From Bacteroidia bacterium (GTDB lineage Bacteria; Bacteroidota; Bacteroidia; M30B66): DNA of 64,000 nt. Shown here piece after piece: positions 10,853-20,355 of this stretch (position 1 is its first letter; each line of letters opens with the position of its first letter). The notes under the pieces were generated by a model. The model was not told where the DNA came from. It saw nothing but the letters and a program-made list of their open reading frames with translations, and made no database searches. The translations under genes were made by a program, and so were the position numbers. The DNA is taken from positions 1,312,001 through 1,376,000 of the forward strand of contig OZ257142.1 of assembly GCA_965279035.1 (NCBI GenBank). Direction: 5' to 3'.

Positions 10853-11761
10853 TTAACGAATGACAATCTTCTGTATTGATACAGATTTATCCAAATTCTG
10901 AATTTGTAAATAATAAACTCCACGTGGAAGTTCATCAACTAGTACTTTCATCAATGGGCTGTTATTCTGATTTTTAGATTCAAAAACAACCTGTCCAATC
11001 ATGTTTGTTATTTGGATTCCAGAAAAAGATTTGTTGGAGCTGATATGCAACTCATTATTTAAAACTGGATTTGGAAAAACACGCACTTGACTTGCGTTTG
11101 AAATGTCATTCACTGTATTAATCGTATTGCAAATACAATCGTGAGTTCCAAGATTTGTCCAAGTATTATTCACCAAGGTATCATACTGTGCCATTGGATC
11201 AAAGAAATCAGGATTAGTTATAACTCCAGTTTGAACTGCAGATTTACGAATCATCGTATGATCTTTTGTAATCCAAGCTCCTGTACCTGAAAAAGGAAAT
11301 TCATTGGTCCAAGCTGTTCCTGGGTCTTCTCCAATTTTACCGAAAAGATCGACCATTACTTCACCTTTAAATAATCCAATTGCATCATTTCCATTCATGT
11401 ATGTTGGAGCTGGATAAGCACCATCAGCTTGATCGGCCATTGCAAGTAAGTCAGGACTAACAGCAGGTGAATTAGTTTGTGAAACGGTTTGTCCATTTGT
11501 TATAACTCGAACATCAAGAGCAGCTAGAGTACCAGTCAATTGCAAAATACCTCCTGCAGTATAATCAGAAGCCCCATTCGAAAAACGACGGATAGAATAA
11601 GTACTTAAATCAATTGGAGTTGCAGTTGGGTTGTAAATTTCAATCGCTTTGTCATTCCCACTTCCTTCTACATATTCAGAAATAAAGAGTTCATTGCATT
11701 GAGAAAATGCGCTAATGCTAACTAATAAGAAAGCACTTGTCATGGTGTAAAATTTCTTCAT
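10853..11761 (-). CDS. Lamin-tail-domain (LTD) protein with T9SS CTD
   Basis: LFISEYVEGSGNDKAIEIYNPT is the LTD signature seen in ExeM-type nucleases; VFPNP CTD. Confidence 0.85.
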   Translation of the reverse strand: MKKFYTMTSAFLLVSISAFSQCNELFISEYVEGSGNDKAIEIYNPTATPIDLSTYSIRRFSNGASDYTAGGILQLTGTLAALDVRVITNGQTVSQTNSPAVSPDLLAMADQADGAYPAPTYMNGNDAIGLFKGEVMVDLFGKIGEDPGTAWTNEFPFSGTGAWITKDHTMIRKSAVQTGVITNPDFFDPMAQYDTLVNNTWTNLGTHDCICNTINTVNDISNASQVRVFPNPVLNNELHISSNKSFSGIQITNMIGQVVFESKNQNNSPLMKVLVDELPRGVYYLQIQNLDKSVSIQKIVIR

Positions 11762-11780
11762 CGTTCAGATTTTGTTGCAG

Positions 11781-11788
11781 CAAAATTA
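11781..11788 (-). promoter_or_regulatory. -7 promoter element (TAATTTTG) of LTD gene
   Basis: TAnnTTTG 20 nt upstream of the start. Confidence 0.6.
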
Positions 11789-11898
11789 CTCATTTGAATC
11801 TCTTAACATAGTTATGTGTTAACAATTAAAGTTTTGTTAACGCAATCGTCGATTTCAAACGAATCTAATTTGATCTTAAGCTCTCGGGAAGAAATCTT

Positions 11899-11906
11899 TA
11901 TCTTTG
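11899..11906 (+). promoter_or_regulatory. -7 promoter element (TATCTTTG)
   Basis: TAnnTTTG 20 nt before ATG 11927. Confidence 0.65.
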
Positions 11907-11926
11907 CCGCCCTTAAACAAAACGTC

Positions 11927-12898
11927 ATGAAAGGCCCAATTTCCCAATTTATAGAGAAACATTATCTTCATTTTAACTCTGCAGCTCTTGTTGATGCTGC
12001 TAAAGGATATGAAACTCATCTTCTCGAAGGAGGTAAAATGATGGTAACTCTTGCTGGTGCAATGAGTACTGCCGAATTAGGGAAATCATTTGCAGAAATG
12101 ATCCGTCAGGGTAAAGTCGATATTATATCCTGTACTGGAGCAAATCTCGAAGAGGACATTATGAATTTAGTTGCTCATTCTCACTATAAGCGCGTCCCTC
12201 ATTATCGGGATTTAAGTCCACAGGATGAATGGGATTTGTTGGAAGATGGATTTAATCGTGTGACAGATACCTGCATACCCGAAGAAGAAGCATTTCGCAG
12301 AATTCAGAAACACATTGTGAAACAATGGATGGGTGCACAAGAAAGCGGTCAACGTTTTTTTCCGCATGAATTCATGTATAAGATGTTGCTTTCAGGTGAA
12401 ATGGTGCAGTATTATGAAATTGATCCAAAAGACAGTTGGATGATTGCTGCTGCAGAACGCAATATTCCGATTGTAGTTCCAGGTTGGGAAGACAGTACGA
12501 TGGGAAATATTTTTGCATCCTATTGTATTAAAGGAGAATTGCAGCCTTCCGTTATGAAATCGGGCATCGAATATATGATGTGGCTCACCGAATGGTATCG
12601 TGCAAATTCATCTGGGAAAGGAGTTGGTTTTTTTCAGATTGGTGGTGGTATAGCCGGTGATTTCCCTATATGTGTTGTTCCTATGATGTATCAAGATTTG
12701 GAATGGCATGATGTACCATTTTGGGCATATTTCTGTCAAATTTCAGATTCAACAACTTCCTACGGTTCCTATTCTGGAGCTGTTCCTAATGAAAAGATTA
12801 CTTGGGGGAAATTAGATAAGAATACACCCAAATTCATTGTTGAATCAGATGCTACGATTGTAGCACCTTTGATTTTTGCTTGGGTTTTAGGCTGGTAA
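11927..12898 (+). CDS. Deoxyhypusine synthase-like protein (probable homospermidine synthase)
   Basis: CTGANLEED, IGGG, GSYSGA, EKITWGK and SDATIVAPL motifs; start reassigned to ATG 11927 using the promoter. Confidence 0.88.
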   Translation: MKGPISQFIEKHYLHFNSAALVDAAKGYETHLLEGGKMMVTLAGAMSTAELGKSFAEMIRQGKVDIISCTGANLEEDIMNLVAHSHYKRVPHYRDLSPQDEWDLLEDGFNRVTDTCIPEEEAFRRIQKHIVKQWMGAQESGQRFFPHEFMYKMLLSGEMVQYYEIDPKDSWMIAAAERNIPIVVPGWEDSTMGNIFASYCIKGELQPSVMKSGIEYMMWLTEWYRANSSGKGVGFFQIGGGIAGDFPICVVPMMYQDLEWHDVPFWAYFCQISDSTTSYGSYSGAVPNEKITWGKLDKNTPKFIVESDATIVAPLIFAWVLGW

Positions 12899-12960
12899 TT
12901 AGAGTATTTCGTGTTGTTGGATAGATTGTTTGATACTTTTTCTGAGACAGAGCATTGACC

Positions 12961-14004
12961 ATGATGAACAGAATGACCATTTTCGGTCCATGCAGCGCTG
13001 AATCTGAAGAACAGGTCTTAACAACTGCTCGTCAAATTGCTTCACGTTTTCCGAATAATATTTTCCGTGCGGGTATATGGAAACCTCGCACACGACCCGG
13101 TGCCTTCGAAGGAATAGGGGAAAAGGCACTTGAATGGATGAAATTAGTTCGTTCCGAAACGGGGATGGAAATCATTACTGAAGTTGCTACACCTGAACAC
13201 TTGGAAGCTGTTTTAAAAGCAGGATTTAAGCATGTTTGGATTGGAGCAAGAACAACCGTTAATCCCTTTTCAGTTCAAGAATTAGCGGATGCTTTGAAAG
13301 GAGTTGAAGTAAATGTGTTTGTTAAGAATCCGTTGAATCCGGATCTTGCATTGTGGATTGGTGCTGTTGAACGTATTCAACTTGCAGGTGTTTTGAGCGT
13401 ATCAGCAATTCATCGTGGATTTCATTCATATGAAAATTCACCTTATCGGAATGCTCCTCGTTGGGATATAATGATTGATTTTAAAACGCAAATGCCAGGC
13501 GTTCCAGTAATTTGTGACGCAAGCCATATAAGCGGAATCCCCAGTTTAATTCAAAGTGTTTCTCAAAAAGCATTGGATTTAGATTGTGATGGATTAATGA
13601 TCGAAACTCATGTTCATCCAGAGTTAGCTCTTACAGACGCTAAACAACAAATCACACCTGCATTTTTAGAGACAATAATTAATAGTCTTGTAATTCGGAA
13701 CGCTTCTTCATCAAGTGAAGGTTTCTATAGGAAATTGTTGGAATTACGATCTCGCGTTGATTCAATTGATGATTCAATTATTCAATCTCTCATCGCTCGT
13801 AAACGATTAATTCAAGAAATTGCCTTATTCAAGAAAGAGAATGAGGTAACTATTCTCCAAATTAAACGATGGGAAGAGATTTTACATCGTCAAATATCAA
13901 ATGCAAAAGACTCTGGTTTAAGTTCTGATTTCGTAAAACGACTTTATGAATTAATTCACGAAGAGTCGATACGAATTCAAACTGAACTGTTTGGTTTAGA
14001 TTGA
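12961..14004 (+). CDS. Bifunctional DAHP synthase (type I beta)/chorismate mutase
   Basis: GPCSAESEEQ, RAGIWKPRTRP, IGART and DGLMIETH motifs; C-terminal AroQ-type CM domain (LRSRVDSID). Confidence 0.9.
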   Translation: MMNRMTIFGPCSAESEEQVLTTARQIASRFPNNIFRAGIWKPRTRPGAFEGIGEKALEWMKLVRSETGMEIITEVATPEHLEAVLKAGFKHVWIGARTTVNPFSVQELADALKGVEVNVFVKNPLNPDLALWIGAVERIQLAGVLSVSAIHRGFHSYENSPYRNAPRWDIMIDFKTQMPGVPVICDASHISGIPSLIQSVSQKALDLDCDGLMIETHVHPELALTDAKQQITPAFLETIINSLVIRNASSSSEGFYRKLLELRSRVDSIDDSIIQSLIARKRLIQEIALFKKENEVTILQIKRWEEILHRQISNAKDSGLSSDFVKRLYELIHEESIRIQTELFGLD

Positions 14005-14186
14005 TTATATTAGGATTAACTGTTGTGGATAATTCTAATTTTCTTACTATTTATCGATTCAGTTTTATTTAATTCAATCCAAATCAAAACTGAATTCGAA
14101 ACTCTGTATTTTTTTCTATTTTGCCGCTCCTGAATTCTTCAATTGGATTCAGTCAATTTTGTATTGATTCATTAATTATCCTAAAC

Positions 14187-15644
14187 ATGAGTTTGCATCG
14201 TAAAAAGAACCTAGCCAATTTGATGACACAGACGGCCGAATCTGAAAAAGGCCTCAAACGGACACTTGGAGCTGGCAATTTGGTCGCTTTGGGAATAGGT
14301 GCAATTATCGGAGCTGGCCTTTTTGTTAGAACTGCCGCAGCTTCTGCTGAAGCCGCTGGTCCTGCAGTTACTTTGTCATTTGTTGTAGCTGCAATTGGTT
14401 GTGCCTTGGCTGGACTTTGTTATGCAGAGTTCGCATCGATGATTCCAATTGCTGGTAGTGCGTATACTTACGCTTATGCTACAATGGGGGAGTTGGTTGC
14501 TTGGATTATTGGATGGTCTCTAATTTTGGAATATGCACTTGGAGCAGCTACTGTTGCTATTGCATGGAGCGAATACATGAATAAACTGTTAGGAGGAATA
14601 ATTCCCTATGAATGGTGTCATTCCCCATTTGAAGGTGGGTATATGAATTTTCCTGCATTGATAGTTTTATTGTTAATCACGCTATTACTCATTCGAGGAA
14701 CAAGTGAATCGGCTAAAGTAAATGCTATCATTGTTTTTGTTAAGGTTGCAATTGTGTTGGCATTTATCGCCATTGGTTGGCAGTTTATTCGTCCTGAAAA
14801 TCATACACCATATATGATACCTGAAGGTACCCCTCCAGTATTAGATAAAAATGGGAAAATACTCATTGATTATTCTGGATATTTCCGTCATGGTTGGGGC
14901 GGTATTTTAGGCGGTGCCGCCATTGTGTTTTTTGCCTTTATTGGGTTTGATGCTGTTTCTACTGCCGCTCAAGAAGCGAAAAATCCCAAACGTGATATGC
15001 CCATTGGTATTCTAGGATCTCTAGCAATTTGTACCATTTTGTATATATTATTCTCTCACGTGTTAACAGGAGTTGCCAATTGGAGTGAATTTACTACTGC
15101 AGGGAAAGAAGCATCTGTTACTTATGCAATTGATACATACATGCATGGGTATGGATGGCTTTCTACTTCAATTACTGTTGCCATTCTCGCAGGATTTTCT
15201 TCCGTTATATTAGTAATGCTCATGGGGCAAAGTCGAGTTTTTTATTCTATGGCAAATGATGGATTATTACCTAAGCTATTTTCAGATCTTCATCACAAAT
15301 ACAGAACTCCTTTTAAATCAAACTGGATTCTTTTTGCATTTGTAGGTGCTTTTGCGGCTTTTATTCCAGGAAGCATAGCAGGCGATTTAACTAGTATAGG
15401 AACACTATTCGCGTTTATTCTTGTATGTGCAGGTGTTCTAATTCTTAGAAAGTCAGACCCCCAACTTAAAAGACCATTTAAAACTCCATTAGTTCCTATT
15501 GTTCCCCTTTTGGGAATATTGGTTTGCGCATCTATGATTATTTCATTACCAGGACAAACTCAAATTAGTTCCTTGGTTTGGATGTTAATTGGGCTTGGAC
15601 TTTACTTTTCATATTCTCGGAAGAAAAGTAATCTTCATAAATAA
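14187..15644 (+). CDS. APC-family amino acid permease
   Basis: LGIGAIIGAGLF, CYAEFAS and FIGFDAVST motifs; multiple TM helices. Confidence 0.92.
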   Translation: MSLHRKKNLANLMTQTAESEKGLKRTLGAGNLVALGIGAIIGAGLFVRTAAASAEAAGPAVTLSFVVAAIGCALAGLCYAEFASMIPIAGSAYTYAYATMGELVAWIIGWSLILEYALGAATVAIAWSEYMNKLLGGIIPYEWCHSPFEGGYMNFPALIVLLLITLLLIRGTSESAKVNAIIVFVKVAIVLAFIAIGWQFIRPENHTPYMIPEGTPPVLDKNGKILIDYSGYFRHGWGGILGGAAIVFFAFIGFDAVSTAAQEAKNPKRDMPIGILGSLAICTILYILFSHVLTGVANWSEFTTAGKEASVTYAIDTYMHGYGWLSTSITVAILAGFSSVILVMLMGQSRVFYSMANDGLLPKLFSDLHHKYRTPFKSNWILFAFVGAFAAFIPGSIAGDLTSIGTLFAFILVCAGVLILRKSDPQLKRPFKTPLVPIVPLLGILVCASMIISLPGQTQISSLVWMLIGLGLYFSYSRKKSNLHK

Positions 15645-15682
15645 AATCCCCACATAATTCTTTCATTTATAATACATTAAAT

Positions 15683-15713
15683 AGAAAGCTCCTTATTTTT
15701 AAAGGAGCTTTCT
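15683..15713 (+). terminator. Intrinsic terminator
   Basis: AGAAAGCTCCTT/AAGGAGCTTTCT inverted repeat. Confidence 0.75.
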
Positions 15714-15747
15714 GCTTTTTATAATCTCTTCATATCATAATCTTATG

Positions 15748-15800
15748 TGTAAGAATGATGTAAGAAATTTGGATTGTTGATTAAAATTCCATTACTTTTG
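15748..15800 (+). promoter_or_regulatory. Promoter TTTG(15768)-N21-TACTTTTG(15793) with tandem TGTAAGAA boxes (11-bp period) directly upstream
   Basis: TGTAAGAA at 15748 and 15759; canonical Bacteroidota -33/-7 spacing. Confidence 0.6.
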
Positions 15801-15975
15801 TGAATCCATAGAGGAATCAAACACAATAATCTTGAAAAATAGTACTAAGTATAATTTTTATTTCGCTGAAAAACAGATTATTATATTTTGAGAAATGGAA
15901 TATATCTTACATAGGTAACTATCCTTTTTCCTATCCGTTTATCCACTCGAAAACTCCTAACCAAATAAAAACCCA

Positions 15976-18135
15976 ATGAAAAACAACAACCCTTTTAAAC
16001 TTGCTGGACTAGCTCTCTTTGCAGCGCTTAGTTTAGGGCAAACTGGAATTGCCAATGCTTCAAAAAGCAATATTCTTGAGATTCAAGATGAAGTCGCACC
16101 AGCAAACTATTTGAATTTAACTTCAATGTGCTCTGACGACCCAACAGTTAGTCGTCGTTGGAGAGTTCGAAACAACACTGCATCACCTGTATCTTTTACA
16201 TGGGATGTTTATGGCACTAGCCAAACTGGTTCTGGTATTGCAGCTCCAGGTGATAATTTCTTTGAAACAGTTACTGTTCCTAGTTCTCCTAATACAACTC
16301 GTATTTTCTGGACAGTAGGTTCTACTTCTTATAATAAAGTAAAGGCTTCTGGTGGAGCAATATGCGAACCTGTTGTACCTCAAGGATGTTTTGGTGTTGA
16401 AGTAACATATTACAATCAAGGTCTTACTAAACTTGGAACAGCGGTTAACCCTGAGCGTTCTATTACATCTAATGTTTTAGGTGCACCTGATGGACAATCT
16501 CCTGTAGCAAATGCTCCCGTTCAAAACTTTTATTCTTTAGGTTTTGGTGGAACAATAGAAATTCGTTTTGCAGGTCCAATTGCTAATGGTCCAGGAAACG
16601 ATGTTAAAATTTGGGAATCATCTGCAAGTCCTAATGCTGAACAAGCTGAGATTTTAGTTTCTCAAGATGGTCTTGGATATACTTCAGTTGGTATAATCAG
16701 CCAAGGAGGAGAAGTTGATTTTGCAAGTGCTTTCTCTGACTATATTCAATTCATTAAAATTGTTGATGTAAGTAACCCAGCAAACTTCTCAAACAATCAA
16801 ATTTCTGATGGTTTTGATGTGGATGCAGTTGAGTGTATTCATGGTTCTTACAGCATTCCTCCTTCATGCTATGCTGAAGAAGTTGTTTCATTTAACCAGA
16901 AAAAACAAAATGATGGTTCAACTGTAGCTATTGGCCGCAGCAATCCTTTAAAAGCATTATTTGCTCCTGAGAATAACGATACAGAGAACTTCGTATCATT
17001 AGGATTTGGTGGAGACATCACATTGAAATTCGGTAGCCCAATTCACAATGGTCCTGGAGATGACGTTCGCGTAATCGAAAGTACATTTGGAAATCAAAGT
17101 TGCGCTCGTTACCCAGAAACAATCCGCGCTTATGCATCACAAGATGGTTGTCATTTCGTATGGATTGGCGATGGTTGTCAAGATACTGATTTCGATTTAG
17201 GATCAGGACCAGGATCATTAGGATGGGCACAATACATTAAATTAGTTGATATCAGCCCAATCGGAGCTACATACACAGGAACTCCAATTGCTGACGCATA
17301 TGATGTTGATGGAATTATGTGCTTAAATGGTTACGAAGCAAGTCCAATTCCTGCTTCTTTAGTTGCTGGATTCGCTGCTCATGTAGAAAACTACTCACCA
17401 GCATTACGTAAAAACGGAAGTCCAATTACACCAGCTCGTACAAATCCTAACAATGCTTTAGGAGCACCACAAGGAACTGATGTTATCAACTTCGTATCTC
17501 TTGGATTTGGTGGTTCATTGACATTGAAGTTTGACTATGTAATTTTTGATAATCCTGCTGCAAATGATATCCGTATCGTTGAAACATCTTTCGGTAACCC
17601 ATCATGTGCACATTATTCAGAAAAAGTAATGGTAGAAGGATCTTTAGATAATATCAACTGGGTTACATTGACTTCAACAGATATTTGTTTAGATGGAGAA
17701 GTTGATATCAACAGTGCAGGTGTTATTCAATACCTACGTTTAACAGATCATTCACCAGCAGGATCTTTCTCTGGTTCGGCTGATGGATATGATGTTGATG
17801 GTTTAGTTGTAATCAATGATTGTTCTCCAAGTTCATCATCACTTCGTATAGATGATAACACAACAACAGCTGATGAAGTAGCTACTTCAGAAGTTTATCC
17901 AAATCCATTTACAGGATCAACGAATGTTGAGATTTCAACTGGAGATCAAGACAATACTGTAACAATCAGTGTAGTTAACTTCTTAGGTCAACGCGTTTAT
18001 ACAAAAACAATGAATGTTGCTACATCAAGCAAAATTCTTCACAATGTAGATTTGGCTGACTTGTCAAAAGGAGTTTATTTCTTAACTATTGAAACGAACT
18101 CTAACAAAGAAACTGTGAAGTTGATTAAAAACTAA
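15976..18135 (+). CDS. T9SS-secreted protein: N-domain + three SLGFGG domains (paralogue 1)
   Basis: Signal peptide, LTSMCS...RRWRV domain, 3x SLGFGG...D(G/A)(Y/F)DVD, VYPNPF CTD. Confidence 0.85.
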   Translation: MKNNNPFKLAGLALFAALSLGQTGIANASKSNILEIQDEVAPANYLNLTSMCSDDPTVSRRWRVRNNTASPVSFTWDVYGTSQTGSGIAAPGDNFFETVTVPSSPNTTRIFWTVGSTSYNKVKASGGAICEPVVPQGCFGVEVTYYNQGLTKLGTAVNPERSITSNVLGAPDGQSPVANAPVQNFYSLGFGGTIEIRFAGPIANGPGNDVKIWESSASPNAEQAEILVSQDGLGYTSVGIISQGGEVDFASAFSDYIQFIKIVDVSNPANFSNNQISDGFDVDAVECIHGSYSIPPSCYAEEVVSFNQKKQNDGSTVAIGRSNPLKALFAPENNDTENFVSLGFGGDITLKFGSPIHNGPGDDVRVIESTFGNQSCARYPETIRAYASQDGCHFVWIGDGCQDTDFDLGSGPGSLGWAQYIKLVDISPIGATYTGTPIADAYDVDGIMCLNGYEASPIPASLVAGFAAHVENYSPALRKNGSPITPARTNPNNALGAPQGTDVINFVSLGFGGSLTLKFDYVIFDNPAANDIRIVETSFGNPSCAHYSEKVMVEGSLDNINWVTLTSTDICLDGEVDINSAGVIQYLRLTDHSPAGSFSGSADGYDVDGLVVINDCSPSSSSLRIDDNTTTADEVATSEVYPNPFTGSTNVEISTGDQDNTVTISVVNFLGQRVYTKTMNVATSSKILHNVDLADLSKGVYFLTIETNSNKETVKLIKN

Positions 18136-18151
18136 GCATTTCTAAATCAAG

Positions 18152-18187
18152 AAAGCCCGTTCTGATTCGTTCAGAACGGGCTTTTTT
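18152..18187 (+). terminator. Intrinsic terminator
   Basis: AAAGCCCGTTCTGA/TCAGAACGGGCTTT plus T-tract. Confidence 0.9.
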
Positions 18188-18406
18188 ATTAAATGAGGTT
18201 TTTACTTATCAATCTTAAATCTATCAGCAATAAAATACGAGATATAAATCAAGTCGCCTTTATTTTAGGGCAATAAGTGAGAGGATTAAAACTTTAGCAT
18301 CACATTCCTTACATGAATGTGGAAAAGTGCATGAAACCAAGATGATGTTGATTTCGTTTGGGGTGGTAATTCAAAAAAGCAGATTTACGAGTTCAAGCAT
18401 TTCAAG

Positions 18407-20209
18407 ATGAAAAGAAAACCTACTCTTAGTAATAAAACATCGCTCAAAACATCCATAAAGCAACGACTTATAAAAGGAGTAGCTGGAATGTTGATCGCAG
18501 TAGCTGCAGGCGGCATTGTTTATTTTAATTTCTTTAATAATACCGAGTCTAAAGCGAACCTTTATGAGGATGGACAAGAAGTTCATGATCTGAATTTGAC
18601 TTCTATGTGTTCCGAAAATCCTTCATTAATGAGACGGTGGAGGGTTAATAATCCTAATGATTTTGATGTCGCTGTCGAATGGGATGTTTATCCATATTTT
18701 CAAACAGGTTTATTGATCGCTCATTCGGGCGAAAACTTTTTTTATACCAATACGATTCCAGGCCCCAATACTGTTCGCATACGTTGGCAAGATGAGAATA
18801 TGGTATGGAAACAAAAAACAAAAGCTTCTTCTGGTGAGGCATGTTCTCCTCAAGGTTGTTTTGCAAGTGAAGTAATTTCATACTTACCTGCTAAACGAAA
18901 TGATGGTTCAACAATTCCAGCTGAACGTCAAGTTACTTCAAGAGCACTTGGTGCTCCAGAAGGAGATGATGCATTAAACTTTGTTTCACTAGGATTTGGA
19001 GGAGAGATCGTGTTGAAATTTGCTAGTCCAATCTCAAATAGTGAAGGAAACGACATTGCTATCACTGAAACAACTTATGGAAATCAAAATTGCAATAGAT
19101 ATCCTGAAAGAGTTCAAGCCTATGCTTCTCAAGATGGTTGTCATTTTATATTTCTTGGGGAAGGTTGTCAAGATGCACAATTTGACCTAAAAGATATGAG
19201 CTGGGCTCGCTATATTAAATTAAAAGACATCAGTCCAGTTGCACATAATTACAATAATGATGTTGCGGATGGATATGATGTTGATGGGATTACTTGTTTA
19301 CATGGCTCTTCAAACGGAACTGCAAATGATGGACTTGTTTCAGGTTCTGCTCAAGAAGTTGTACAATACATAAAAGGAACACGTAAAAATGGAACAGAAA
19401 TTCATCCTTCTAGAATCAACCCTGAAAATGCTTTAGGAGTACCTCAAAATGATGATTTAGGAGTTAATTTCGTATCACTAGGATTTAACGGAAGTCTTAC
19501 TCTTAAGTTTGATTTTGTAATTTTCAATGAGGAAGGGGCAGATTTACAAGTTGTTGAAACATCTTTTGGTGCACCCAATTGTCAAACCTATCCAGAAGCG
19601 GCCTATTTTGAAGGATCTCTTGACGGAATTAACTGGACTCCAATGGGTGAGATTTGTTTAGATGGAAGTTTGGATATTGGTGATGGAATTTATGCTATCC
19701 AATATGTGAAAGTAACAGATAGATCTCCAATGAGTAATTTCCCTAATTCGGCTGACGCATATGATTTAGATGGAATTGTGGTACTAAATGAAGTTTGTCC
19801 AGATTTATTGAATTCGCCAGGTAGTGGCAATGGAAATTCCGAAGGGGATGATGATGATAACGATGATGAAGGAGATGATGATAATGAAGGAGGAAATAAT
19901 GGGAATTCTAATCGTATATCTATTTATGATAATAATACTGTACCAGATGAGATTGCAGAAATTGATATCAGCCCTAACCCTTTTCACGACTCTTTTAAAT
20001 TGCAATACGAAACAGGATCAGTCAATGAAAAACTGAATATTAGATTGTTCAATTATGTTGGACAACTCGTTCATCAAGAATCCATTTCTGTTCCTAAGAG
20101 CACTAAGTATGCACATGAAATAAATGGTGCGAAGCTTCCTCGAGGTGTTTACATTGTAAGTATAGAATCCGGAGGACAAAAACAAAGTCTTAAAATCATT
20201 AAGAACTAA
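18407..20209 (+). CDS. T9SS-secreted protein: N-domain + two SLGF domains (paralogue 2)
   Basis: LTSMCS...RRWRV domain, SLGFGG and SLGFNG domains, D/N-rich linker, ISPNPF CTD. Confidence 0.85.
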   Translation: MKRKPTLSNKTSLKTSIKQRLIKGVAGMLIAVAAGGIVYFNFFNNTESKANLYEDGQEVHDLNLTSMCSENPSLMRRWRVNNPNDFDVAVEWDVYPYFQTGLLIAHSGENFFYTNTIPGPNTVRIRWQDENMVWKQKTKASSGEACSPQGCFASEVISYLPAKRNDGSTIPAERQVTSRALGAPEGDDALNFVSLGFGGEIVLKFASPISNSEGNDIAITETTYGNQNCNRYPERVQAYASQDGCHFIFLGEGCQDAQFDLKDMSWARYIKLKDISPVAHNYNNDVADGYDVDGITCLHGSSNGTANDGLVSGSAQEVVQYIKGTRKNGTEIHPSRINPENALGVPQNDDLGVNFVSLGFNGSLTLKFDFVIFNEEGADLQVVETSFGAPNCQTYPEAAYFEGSLDGINWTPMGEICLDGSLDIGDGIYAIQYVKVTDRSPMSNFPNSADAYDLDGIVVLNEVCPDLLNSPGSGNGNSEGDDDDNDDEGDDDNEGGNNGNSNRISIYDNNTVPDEIAEIDISPNPFHDSFKLQYETGSVNEKLNIRLFNYVGQLVHQESISVPKSTKYAHEINGAKLPRGVYIVSIESGGQKQSLKIIKN

Positions 20210-20224
20210 AAAAAACATATTCAT

Positions 20225-20257
20225 AAAAAAGGCTTGGGTTTTACTCAGGCCTTTTTT
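20225..20257 (+). terminator. Intrinsic terminator
   Basis: AAAAAAGGCTTGGGT/ACTCAGGCCTTTTTT. Confidence 0.75.
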
Positions 20258-20304
20258 GTTTTTTATGCTTCTCAACTTCGATTGTGCGAGTAAATTGAAA
20301 TGTT

Positions 20305-20312
20305 TACCTTTG
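20305..20312 (+). promoter_or_regulatory. -7 promoter element (TACCTTTG)
   Basis: TAnnTTTG ~43 nt before ATG 20356. Confidence 0.55.
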
Positions 20313-20355
20313 TTTCTTCAACCTACCTTAACATTTCAAACAACAAACACTGTTT

